Assembly: GCA_034780895.1 (NCBI GenBank) | Contig: JAUZTB010000033.1 | Coordinates: 31,778,034-31,842,033 of the forward strand | DNA: 64,000 nucleotides | Source: Rhynchobatus australiae | Taxonomy: Eukaryota | Direction of reading: 5' to 3' | In this document: positions 26,556-38,668 of the stretch, piece after piece | Numbering within the stretch: position 1 is the stretch's first letter | Layout of the letters: each line of letters opens with the position of its first letter | Program-made: the position numbers and the translations under genes | Notes under the pieces: generated by a model | Told to the model about the DNA's origin: nothing | Database searches by the model: none | What the model saw: the letters and a program-made list of their open reading frames with translations, nothing else

Positions 26556-28409
26556 TACAAATAAAACATGGTCACCAGAAAAACAATAAATAGACTCTTG
26601 TGTTTGGGAAACTTCAATTTTATCCCAGGGTTGGAGATATGGGGAATTGGATAAAGAAAGATGCGCCAACAATGGTGCCAGGGTGAGAAAGCGGCAGATT
26701 TGTGTTTATTATAACTGCTGCTATGTTAGCTCTTAATTAAAGCTAGCAGGGATGAATAGTCTGTGGTGGGCATAATTTTTCTCAGTAGGAAATTGAGAAC
26801 TGTCCCCGACACAAAGATAAGTCAGCAAATGGCAGGGAGGAGACAGAAGCCAATAGTAATTACGGATAGAGATGCAGGGGAGTTCAGGACCCTGGAGATA
26901 CATTCTTGCTGTTCATGTCCACAGGAAACCATTAATCAAAGTACTTACATTTGCACCAAACTGTTGGTCCAGCAAGCAGTTAAAACACAGACTGAGTTAC
27001 AAATTGTGTCGTCAGACTATGACACTCCCATAGTAATGAGACCCTTGCCTGCCTGAAGTGAAAACATCAGTACTTCCAGAAACCAAGGTGTTACAGTAGT
27101 GGCAGGGAAACACATGTCACAAACTGTAGTTTCTGATGGTCATTTTAGTGCTAGTCCAACATCATTCCCATTGTACAAACAGGGTTAAAATTGAGGCTAA
27201 AATATTTATCGGGAGTTGCCTTAATATTTATTGGAAACCGCCAGAAATCAAATATGAGTTGGTGAGAAATCAAATTCTAATTAATAAATGGAAATGAAGT
27301 TGTGGGATTTTAATCAGAGAAACACATCTCCATCTCATCATAATCACTCACCATTAAAACATTTTCACCAATGATATCCAATAAGTTTTTTTATATATTA
27401 AAACATTCAATGATCACATTATGCAAATGTATTTACTATTGTTTCTGAAGTTGTCTCGTGATAGCCAACTTCAACTAATTGGCATTAGATTGTGTTGGTG
27501 ACAGTTTGGCAGTGCTGATGTTTACCTTTAGGCACTTCATATACATTCCTGTTGTCTTGGACCTTCATTATATTCGGACAGTATCGATCACTGAAATGAA
27601 ACCGTCTACCCTTTACAATGTCAGCAATATATTATTATTGAAAACACCAAGCCATTAACTACCAGACACACATCTGGCTTGACTGATTGAGCTGAAAATA
27701 TATTAAAATATTCAGTAAATATATATTAATAACCTGACCAAAGGGACAAGACTACAAATGAGATGGAAAGTTTATCCTCATCTACTGCTTATTCATGAGA
27801 ATCACATAAAATATATGTCTACTTTATACTTTTTTTTCGTATGTTGAATGTTTATGGGGAGCAAAGGATGGAGGAGCTAAGAGGAATGATCTGCTTTAAA
27901 CCAATAGCATATCCTCCAGCTGCCAGCTTGGAACAAACAACAACTGCATTGCACATTGGTAACAGTTCCATTGCCCAAAGCAGCTCTCCAAAGGATGAAA
28001 AAAAATGCTAGTGCTGGAAAATAGAAATGTTGAGTCTGTTTCTCTTTTCAGATGCTGCCTGACCCCCTGAGAGCTTCCAACATTTTCTGCTTTATTGTCA
28101 ACCATATAAGGGACTTCAGTAATTTTGTAGTNNNNNNNNNNNNNNNNNNNNNNNNNNNNNNNNNNNNNNNNNNNNNNNNNNNNNNNNNNNNNNNNNNNNN
28201 NNNNNNNNNNNNNNNNNNNNNNNNNNNNNNNNNNNNNNNNNNNNNNNNNNNTCCCCACTATTAGATAGCTTGCAGTATGTTCCTCTTAGCATGATCAATG
28301 TAGACTTTATTTCTCTCCTCTGGTTAATTGTTGCATTTTTCCCAGCTTCTGTGTTATCGCTGAACAGGGCAGCACCCTACCTCATTCTCCCTGCAGTTAC
28401 TGACCTAGG

Positions 28410-28705
28410 CTCTTCCAGTGGCACTTCCCAAACCTCCAACCTCTACCACCAAGGTGGACAAGGGAAGCAGGTGCATGAGAACAGCAACATCTACAGATTC
28501 TCCTCCAGGTTGCACTGCATCCTGATTTGACAACGTACTTTCACCACTGGGCCTAAATCCTAGAACTCTGCAACTAAAAACATTATTGGACGACCTTCAC
28601 CAGAAGGGCCTGCAGTGGCCCAAGAAGAGACTCACCTTTAACTTTTCAAAGGTAATTTTGAATAGGTTTGTTAGTGAAACCCATGAGCTAAAAAGTGAAT
28701 AAAAA
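28410..28705 (+). mobile_element. Decayed 3' fragment of the same LINE family as 26050-26555
   Basis: Shared CCAAACC..CAACCTCTACCA..AGGACAAGGG.AGCA and CTGGG.C.AAATCCT.GA.CTC. Confidence 0.65.
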
Positions 28706-30001
28706 AGAACACTGTGAGATCGATACCACTTACAAAAGGATGTTGCCCAAAATGTTTTGGTTTTCTTAAGTAGTACTTGGTAGCCAGTTTGTTATTGCTC
28801 AGTGCTATATTATGTGAAGGCACTGGTTTGGGATTACAGTCCTGCTGCAATTAATCAACAAAATTATGTCTCAGTTTTCCTCCCTGTGTAAGTCAGACCT
28901 ACAGTCATTAAGTCAGACTGCCAATGAAACAAGCAACCTGTGAGGAAATCACCTTTGTTATGCTGTCCCTCATTTATATATATTATAATTGCCACAAACA
29001 GAACAGATTAGGCATAATTTAACAAACTCCATATCAAAACTTTCCCAAAGCAGTTATGTTTAGCTTTGACGTGTGATAAGGGTACATTTAAAAATGAATT
29101 AATGTCAATCTACAAATATCTTACAAAATTGATGATACTAGAACAAAGTGTGAAACAAACCATAGGAGGGATTATTCNNNNNNNNNNNNNNNNNNNNNNN
29201 NNNNNNNNNNNNNNNNNNNNNNNNNNNNNNNNNNNNNNNNNNNNNNNNNNNNNNNNNNNNNNNNNNNNNNNNNNNNNNNNNNNNNNNNNNNNNNNNNNNN
29301 NNNNNNNNNNNNNNNNNNNNNNNNNNNNNNNNNNNNNNNNNNNNNNNNNNNNNNNNNNNNNNNNNNNNNNNNNNNNNNNNNNNNNNNNNNNNNNNNNNNN
29401 NNNNNNNNNNNNNNNNNNNNNNNNNNNNNNNNNNNNNNNNNNNNNNNNNNNNNNNNNNNNNNNNNNNNNNNNNNNNNNNNNNNNNNNNNNNNNNNNNNNN
29501 NNNNNNNNNNNNNNNNNNNNNNNNNNNNNNNNNNNNNNNNNNNNNNNNNNNNNNNNNNNNNNNNNNNNNNNNNNNNNNNNNNNNNNNNNNNNNNNNNNNN
29601 NNNNNNNNNNNNNNNNNNNNNNNNNNNNNNNNNNNNNNNNNNNNNNNNNNNNNNNNNNNNNNNNNNNNNNNNNNNNNNNNNNNNNNNNNNNNNNNNNNNN
29701 NNNNNNNNNNNNNNNNNNNNNNNNNNNNNNNNNNNNNNNNNNNNNNNNNNNNNNNNNNNNNNNNNNNNNNNNNNNNNNNNNNNNNNNNNNNNNNNNNNNN
29801 NNNNNNNNNNNNNNNNNNNNNNNNNNNNNNNNNNNNNNNNNNNNNNNNNNNNNNNNNNNNNNNNNNNNNNNNNNNNNNNNNNNNNNNNNNNNNNNNNNNN
29901 NNNNNNNNNNNNNNNNNNNNNNNNNNNNNNNNNNNNNNNNNNNNNNNNNNNNNNNNNNNNNNNNNNNNNNNNNNNNNNNNNNNNNNNNNNNNNNNNNNNN
30001 N

Positions 30002-30102
30002 TCCACACTTTTATGGAAGATTTGCTCCCAAGCATAAAGTTTAAGTAGTTTGATTCCTCGTAGCAATTCATTGGTTTTCCTCAAGCGCTCACTTGAGTAA
30101 TC
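30002..30102 (-). CDS. ABCC8: ABCC8 exon 10, 5' part (3' end lost in N gap): [33 protein letters not shown]
   Basis: Acceptor TTGCAG|GAT; ABCC motif [11 protein letters not shown]; runs into the gap that ends at 30001. Confidence 0.94.
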
Positions 30103-30469
30103 CTGCAATAAGGAGAACAATCAGTGGCAGAGCTTGGAGATGGACAAATTAAACTATGAAGACATAATGAAATCCTTAGCATCTGTCAACCAGGCCTCAG
30201 TACTTCAACCATCATGTAATGCTGTTCTTTTCTTTCAAAATGATTATTTTCCTTTGTTCATTAGCATTAGAAGCATCACTGCTGCTGAATGGAGCACTTT
30301 CCTACATACGTAACGATGTTCAGGATCAACCAGGATAAGTGGCATGGGTATATATAGAGTAGCATATTATACCCAACTATGTGCTTTATCTTTAGATGAA
30401 AATGTGCTGCGAAAAGTACCAATCCTTTCTCGATTTTACACATCAATCTTTGAATGAGATTATAACTTC

Positions 30470-30690
30470 ATTTTCCTCATCCAGACATTCCTAACAAAAA
30501 GGTGACATGGTCCTCAACCACATTTATTTCATTTCCTCTACCATTTTTGGCAGCTGCAGTATAATGCCTCCACCAAACACATCTTGTCCTCCCCTTCCCT
30601 TTCAGCATTTCAGAGTGACTATTTCCTCTGGATACTCTGATTCACTCCTCCATCTCCACCAACATTCACCCTATGTCACCTTCTTGCACC
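30470..30690 (+). mobile_element. Penelope-like element ORF remnant
   Basis: CCACCAAACACATCTT.TCCTCCCCTTCCCTTTCAGCATT.CAGAG.GAC resembles the recalled chondrichthyan Penelope RT-GIY-YIG linker. Confidence 0.5.
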
Positions 30691-31014
30691 TTTTATTCAT
30701 AGTTGCTTGGGCTTACGGGAGAAGGATGCAGGATTTCTCAGAGCTGAGATGCCCATCCCTCTCTTGGCTAAAGCACAGGTCCGAAGGATCTGTAACTGAC
30801 CTCCCTGAATGTTGCCTTCAAAAGGAGAATCTGGCTGCACATCTTCATTGCCTTCGGCCTTAATCTCAGAGAAGGGCTGATGACAGAAATGGTTGTTAAC
30901 ATATGGCAGCCATGCCCATCTAATGCACCAATTAGAATTTCTTGTCAAGCACATTTTGCTCAATATTGCAGCTGAAATAGGGTTTCAATGCAATAATGGA
31001 GGTTCCTATCAGTC

Positions 31015-31315
31015 AGTGGGAGAGTAGCATGGATAAAAGAGCTGCTGCCCCACAGTTCCAGCGAGCCTGGATTCACTCCTGGCCCCTGGTGCTGTCTGTA
31101 TTTGCGTTTTTACTCGGTTTCCCCAAGTCCTCTGGATTCCTTCCACATGCCAAAGATAGATTAGTTTGCCATAGTAAATTCCCCCTAATCTATAGATGAG
31201 CGATAGAATTTGTGGGAGGTTGATGGGGATGTGGATTGGTGTGGAAAGGTGCTTCATGGTTGGCATGGAGCTGGTTGGCTGAAGAGCTTGTTTCTGTGCT
31301 GTATGACTCTGTGAC
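31015..31315 (+). mobile_element. HE1-like V-SINE with CR1-derived tail
   Basis: tRNA-like head, V-domain remnant, tail TGTTTCTGTGCTGTATGACTCTGTGA. Confidence 0.75.
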
Positions 31316-31921
31316 ACCCTGTGGAAGGAATTATGGATGCTACTTTACCACGTTAGCATTGCACCCTCCTCATACTTTAACATTTTTAAACATTTAAACA
31401 TAAGATGCATAAAAGCAAACCATTTTCTAAATTTTCCATTGATGTAAGTCTTGATCAGTTAGGACACAATAGCCCATGAAATCCTAAAATTCTCTATAAC
31501 TACTAAAAGATGCATGCAATCTCGAACATATGTTCAGATGAACTCGCAATTTCTAGATAAGAATAGTTTACCACACGATCATTTTGTCACACACTGTGAG
31601 AGCTCAAGACACCTGGCCTTGACATAACAAAAGCTTCACTTGTGCTTGGCTCATTAGGAGGAAAGCATAAATTAGAAGATGTTTTTTGTCATCATGGTTG
31701 AACTGGCAGCAAGACTAATTTGTGGAGCAGACATGCACTCTATCCGTTTAGAACAGTGATTATGTAACTTTGGGAGCAAGGCTCTTGGTTTTCCACATGA
31801 TTAAGAAATATAGCATATGTGGATGTTAAAGGGATTAAAAAGAACAGAATTAATTCCAGTGAACAATCTGGGATTAACCAATAATTATTCTAGGGTCATT
31901 ATTTTGTAAAGTAATACTTAC

Positions 31922-32056
31922 CAATGTGCTTCTCTGGGCTTGAGAAAATTTGGTTGCTACAAAATACTGGACTGGGGCCAACAATGCAATGACTGTTGCT
32001 CCAATTAAGGCACTAATTCCAAGGAGGTAATAGAGAAGAAACACACCTACAATAAT
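31922..32056 (-). CDS. ABCC8: ABCC8 exon 9 (135 nt): [45 protein letters not shown]
   Basis: Manual translation; acceptor TTACAG|ATT, donor TTG|GTAAGT. Confidence 0.96.
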
Positions 32057-32639
32057 CTGTAATAAAAAAATAATTTATGTGAAAATCAAAATAATTCTGC
32101 AATGCACCAAAGGGTGAAAAAAAATCTGATTTTAGATCAACATTTATGTAAAAATAACTTAATTTTATCAGAGTAATAATGGATTACTAAAATAGTTTCA
32201 AAGTAAAAAAACAAGCCTGTTCACCTTGCACGTCACTACCATTTCCAACAACATTGTTATTAATGAAGTTGGAGGGGAGGTGACAATGGCTCATTACAGG
32301 GATGGAATCCCAAGTCAATTGAACTAAATTTGGAAGCTTGAGAAAGAAATCTAACATAGAGTACAATTCAGATTATTTATAATTTAGAAGGCATTGCATT
32401 CCTGTTCACATGTTTGGTGCTATTTAGAGACTGGTCCATACTTGACAGTTATGGTTTTATCAAAAAAATTAAATGACAGTGGAATGGAAGGGGTCTCCAA
32501 TGAAATGGGGGAAATGGGGCTAGAGAAAATCAGAGCTTCTTAACAAAGATGGGAGAGCATACCAAGTGGGTGAATGACTTTCAGACCATTGTTTTGTGGT
32601 AGCTGTGCTCACACTCATTCTAATTTTCTTTTACTGAAG

Positions 32640-35250
32640 ATTTTTCTTATTTATCTACAGGGTGCAGGCATCACTGGCAAGGCCAACATTTATTGCCCAT
32701 TCCCAACTCCCCATGAAGAGGTGTTGATGAAGCACTTTCCTAAAATGCTTCAGGCTGCATTGTGAAGGTATTCCCATTCAATGCTGTTGGGCAGTGAATC
32801 CGAGGATTGCAATGCTCTGATTTGTAGAAATGGGCAAGCCAGGATGACATGTTGTTTGTAAGTGATGGCTTACACATTCCCTGCTCTTTTGTACTCCAGC
32901 TGGCAGAGTTGTGGAAGTGGTGCTAAAGGAACTTTGGCAAGTTGCCACAGTGCATTTTGTACATGGTATATACTATAGCTTTTCTGTAGTGGTGATGGAG
33001 GGAGTGAATGTCAAATGTGGTGGACTGGGAAAGCATCAAGTAGGCTGCTTGGTCATGTTGTTGAGCTCGTTCTGAATTGGAATGCAGTATATTCCATCAC
33101 AATCATGCTTTGTAGTTGATGGAAACCTTTAAGTAATGAAGAGGTGCGAATTATCCAGTCCCTGAATTGTTTCTCTTTCTGATTCATTCATGGACTTTGC
33201 TGGCATCCCTAATTGCCCCTTAACTGAGAAGGCAGACAAGCGTCAACCGCAACGGTGGTCTGAAGTCACGCATAAGCTAGGTTAGGTCAGGATGGCATAG
33301 TTCCTTTCCTTGAAGGATATTTGTGAACCAAATGAGTTTTTATGAAAACTAGTTAACTTTGCTGAGACGACTTATTCTTATGGTTTTTATGTGACTGGTC
33401 TGTTTGAGTTTCTGGCTAGTTAGTGGTGATTTTGCCTGCCCCACCCCCCAGGATGTTAGAGATTCAATGATTACAATACCAATGAATGTCAAGGACTGGG
33501 TGGTGAGATGCTCTCATGTTGTAGACTGTTACTTTCATCTGGCACATTGGGTGTAATTTACTTTTCAGTTATCAGCCCAAATCTGAATGATGTCCAGATC
33601 TTGTTGTATATAAGCATTTGTTATTTATAACTTTTAAAATAATTTTGTTATTTTGAATGGAACCACACATTACATCCATCAGTAAGCATCCTCACGTGTC
33701 TTTATGATAGAAGGAAAGGCATTAGTCTGTGCTGAGGGATTCCTGCAGCAATGACTTGGGGCTGAGATGTTTGACCTCCAACAACAATGATGATTTCCCT
33801 TTATTGGTCGCAGGCAGTGAAGACCGAAATCCTGCTGACTTTAATTTCACTCAGGCTCCTTGATTCCAATATTGGCTCCCAATTGCTTCTAGAATTTGGC
33901 TCTTTTGACCAGGGTTGGATCAAGACTGTAATGAAGCCTGGGGCCAAGTGATTCTGCTGCAGTTCAAACTGGGAATCAATCTTTAGGCAACTGAGAATTG
34001 CTACTTGACAGCACTCTCAACTGCACCTTCCATCACTTTGTTGATGATCGAAAATGGACTGATGCCGGAGAAGGAATTGCAGCTGACTGAATTGGATTTG
34101 TGCTTCCCTCGATGGGTAGCGTTTATCTGAGAAATTCAGCATGTTAGTTAGAGACGTTGCTGAATGTGCAGGGACAGTTTGGCTGGAAGCTTAATCTGGA
34201 GCTGATACTGGATCCTAAGTCTGTAGCACTACAGCCAGAAGTTGTTGAAGTCATTACTTTTCTGGTACATATAATAGCTTCTTCATATAATGTGGATTCA
34301 ATCAAAATGGTTGACGACTGGCTTCTGTGGTTGTGGGATATCAGAAGTGAGTTGGATTTTTCACTTGACACTGAAGATGGTTATGAATGTTTTAGTTTGT
34401 CTTTTGCATTCAAATGTTAATATTGAGGACAGAGATACTCATGAAGCCTCCTTCGCCTGTTAATTACTTAATTTCCACCAACATCTATAATGGGACATGA
34501 CAGGATATCAGCTTTGATTTGTAAGTTAAGAAATTGCTTAACTCTGTAAAAGGTTGCTTCCACAGTTTACCATATATGCATTGTAGCTTTGTTACATTAG
34601 CAGCTCCTTATAAGATGCACCACGTGAATTCACTTTGCTCTTCATTGAATCTGATTCAGACGTAGAATACATTGACAATGGACGGTCAGTTCACCGATGC
34701 CCAGTTTGAGCTGCTTGTTCTGTATCCATGCTATTTAGTACAGTGGTAAATGGAGGGCCAGGGCAAGAGGGGTGAAATTATCAATGAGAGGAGGGGTCTT
34801 TGACTTTCACTAGGATTCACTTCACAAAAGAGTTCTCTACTAAGTTCCTTCCATGTCCTTGTGAACCTCACTGCTTCATGCAATTAAGATTTGGCACAGA
34901 AGAGTAGCGATTCATCAGCAAGTGGAAAGCATGAGTCGGTAATCACCAGGGGGTTTTCTTGACTTGTTACCATTTGATTCGATGCCATGGGACATCAAGT
35001 CTCTGCTGATGTCTGCCACTGCCTCATGACTGCATACTATTCTCACTGTTCTATCACAATGGAATAGAGTATATGCAGAGGGCAGAGGTGGCGGAAGGAG
35101 ATATGATAATGGCTGATAGGAATATCAGACAGTTTAAAATCAGACTATTAATTGACTTGTCAATGGGATTGTTCTTCCTATTTTAACATGTTCCCGGATG
35201 TTAGTGAGGAGAATTTCTCACTGTCTGCTGGGCTGGGTGTTCTTTTGTCA
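32640..35250 (-). mobile_element. Long, very decayed copy of the second CR1-group LINE, with a nested SINE-like piece at about 33180-33360
   Basis: Begins with the reversed tail GGCATCACTGGCAAGGCCAACATTTATTGCCCATTCCC, then RT remnants (TTATCAGCCCAA, GAATGTCAAGG, TCCTTGATTCCA). Confidence 0.65.
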
Positions 35251-37164
35251 GGTCTGAATCGAATGGCAGTGGCCACAACTTTTATATTTTTTTCCACTTT
35301 TTACAAAAAAAAAGTGCAACACAGTGTTGAAGCAAGCTGGAGCGACAAACTGGATTCATATTCAATTCCAGAGTTAACTTAGCTTATGTAAAGTAGAATC
35401 ACATCACTGAGATAGAGTGACATAGCATGGAGTCAGGCCCTTTGCCCACTGTGTCGGGATTAGAAGAGAGAGGCCAATCATTACCTCTCTCCACAAAATC
35501 AGTTTTCCAACACTTAACCCATGGTCTATAGCACACAGTTTATAGTACAATTTATCTCAGGCTTGTTGGCCTCAAGAAAGAAATATCAAACATGCTGCAT
35601 GTGGTATCTAGTGAATCTTCCTGGTTAGTAGAAGCATTAATATTATTAATGACCAGATTGGAGTTGAATGTGACGTGACCTTCATGATTGAATAGGCTGA
35701 CGATATTCACAGTTTAAGCTTAACGTAAAGAATGGCACATTTGCTGATTTACCAGAATGTTTCCAGATATTGTGGAATTGCACATCAATAAAATGACAGC
35801 CTTCCGTTTGCAGGCATCTCAGAATGATATGGACACAATGTGCTTGAAGTGCAAACAAAATATATTAAATGTAATAGTCTTTAGTTTGGGTNNNNNNNNN
35901 NNNNNNNNNNNNNNNNNNNNNNNNNNNNNNNTGGCCAATAATGGTTCAGCTGGCCATCATACACCAAACCTAATATTGTTGTGGAGTATGTAACAAACAG
36001 CCTATCCTCTACTGTCTGGTCTCACCACGGTTGAAAATTAAAATCCACTCTCAGATCTCAAATGTGAAAACAAGATAAAGTTTCACAACAGCTGCTTGAC
36101 ATGGAATGTCAATTAAATGGAATCTGCTGATGCTAACTTGAGTTTAGACACTTTATTATTGGAACGTGATCTTCATCAGCTTTTCTAAGCTTGATGATTG
36201 TTTAACTACCAGGAAAAATATAGCTCTGCTTTAACCAGCAGAAGTTCAACTACGTGCAAACTTTCCTGAATCTGCTTCCCATAAATGGTCATCAGAATAT
36301 CAATTTTTCCAGTTCTCATAATGCTCTCTTTTACACAATTAAAAGTAACTTGTTAGCATTTAAACGACACATCAATCTGTTTTTATAATGCTCAGTAATG
36401 CAAGTCAAGACATATGCAGTCAGTGGTTATTTTTATCAACTAATCCTCTGGAGGACTCAGAAATTAACAATGGACGTAATTATCCTCATGGTCTAGAAAG
36501 AATGTGCTAGTAATTAGACAGTTCAAACAAGCATAAATAAAAGCCTTGTATCTTAAACGTAGCCAAACAAGTCAGCACTGAAGTGGCAGCATTCACTGAA
36601 TATTCTTGAGAAGCCAAAAGGGTCAGGTTTTTTTCTTGCTGACAAAAGGCACCATTAATTTACTTAACTTGCTGATGAGGAAACTGGTGGGATGAGAATT
36701 TACTGAAGGCCAACCATCCAATATAAAAGTTCCAGAAAATTTGGCATGTGCATTTTCCCAGTGTTCACATTTGAATTTGGCTCTTCTGGAAGTATAATTC
36801 TATTAGTAAAAGTTAANNNNNNNNNNNNNNNNNNNNNNNNNNNNNNNNNNNNNNNNNNNNNNNNNNNNNNNNNNNNNNNNNNNNNNNNNNNNNNNNNNNN
36901 NNNNNNNNNNNNNNNNCTATTAGTAAAAGTTAAAGGTCCTTTTCTTTTCCTTGAGGAAGCAGGTGAGATAAAACTCTATAAATCAGCTATCCCATTGGTC
37001 ATTAATTCTGATGGTTTGGCATCTGGCTCTCAGGATGCTGATTTCCACACTCCCTTTAATACACAAGTGCCCTGGTTACCATGTTCTCTTCAACACAGTA
37101 ATTCTCTGGTTCTTGCGCTCCTAATAACACACTGGGGCCCTGGTTCCCACTCTCCCTTTAAACT

Positions 37165-38668
37165 CATAGAGTCATAGAGCAATGCAGCATGGATACAGGC
37201 TCTTCAGCCCAATGAGTCCATGCCAACTACGTTGTTGACCCAGCTAGTCCCAATTTCCTGTGTTCAGCCCATATCCCTCCAGGCCCCCCTCCTCCATGTA
37301 CCTGTCCGAGTGCTTCTTAAACGATACCATTGTACCTGCCTCAACCATTTCCTCTGGCAACTCATTCCATATATTCACCAGCATCTGTGTGAAAAAGTTG
37401 TCCCTCAGCTCCCTTTTAAATCTTTCCCCTCTCGGCCTAAATCTATGCCCCCAAGTTCTGAACTCCACTACCCTGGGGAAAAGCCTGTTACTGTCCACCT
37501 TACCTATGCCTCTCATAATTGTAAATACTTCTATAAGGTCTCCCCTCATACTTCCATCTTCCCAGGAACAAAGACCTAGCCTAGCCAACCTCTCCCTATA
37601 ACTCAGGCCCTCTAATCCTGGAAACATCCTCGTAAATCTTTTCTGCACTCTTTCCAGTTTAATCATGTCTTTCTTCTAACAGCGTAATCAAAACTGAACA
37701 CACTACTCCAAGTGCAGCCTCACCAACGACTTGTACAACTGCAGCATAATGTCCCAACTCCTATACTCATTGCCCTGAATGATGGAGGCCAGCGTGCTAA
37801 ATGCATTTTTCACCACCTTGTCTACCTGTGATGCTGCTTTCAACAAACTATGCACTTGTACTCCTAGGTCCCTCCGTTCCATTATACTCCCCAGTGCTCT
37901 ATTAAGCCCTACCCTGGTTTGACTTTCCAAAATACATTACCTCACACTTAACTGCCACTCTTTTTTCCTAACTGATTAAGATCCCCCTGTAATCTATGAT
38001 AACCTTCTTCACTATCAATGACAGCTCCTAACTTTGTGTCATCTGTAAACATGCTGATCAAGCCTTCCCACACACCAAGCTGACTCCTGATCAGACTTCA
38101 TCTGTCCAAATGCTGATAGATCCTCTCCCTCAGAATTTCCTCCTGTAACTTCCCCACCACTGATGTCAGGCTGACCAGCCTGTAGTTTCTCAGCTTGTCC
38201 TCGTTACCCTTCTTAAACACTGGAACAACATTAGCCACCTTCCAGTCTTTGGGAACTTCACCAGTGGCTAACGATGAAGCAAGTATCTCCACAAGGGCTT
38301 CAGCAATTTCTTCTAGCTTCCCACAAAGTCCAAGGATGTACTCCATCAGATGCTGAGGGTTTATCTTCTTAAAGGTGCTGTAAGGCTGCAATACCTCCTC
38401 CCTGGTAATATGTTCTCCAGAACATCTTCACTTGTTTCCCTTATCTCTTGAGCAACCACGATTTTCTCCTCAGTAAATATCGAGGAGAAATTTTCATTAA
38501 AAATCCCACCCATCTCCTGCAGCTCAAGACACAGGCAGCCCTGCTGATCTCTGAGGGGACCTACCCTCTCCCTGGCCACCCTTTTACTCTTTATATAGCT
38601 ACAGATCCCCTTGCGATTTTCCTTAACCTTACCTGCCAGATCCATCTCATACACTCTCTTTGCTCTCT
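37165..38668 (-). mobile_element. Relatively young 5'-truncated CR1 (HER1-like) LINE, ORF2 with frameshifts and an internal deletion
   Basis: DW.VANVVPVFKKG..NYR.VSLTSVVGK, LYKSLVRLHLE, LERVQKRFTRM.PGL and FFTQ..VNIWNELP; tail (CTATGACT)n. Confidence 0.93.

Noticed and set aside
29066-30037. Long ORFs in the ORF track made mostly of X (also near 18.8, 44, 46, 53.6 and 55.6 kb)
   Set aside because: They are artefacts of translating through N gaps.
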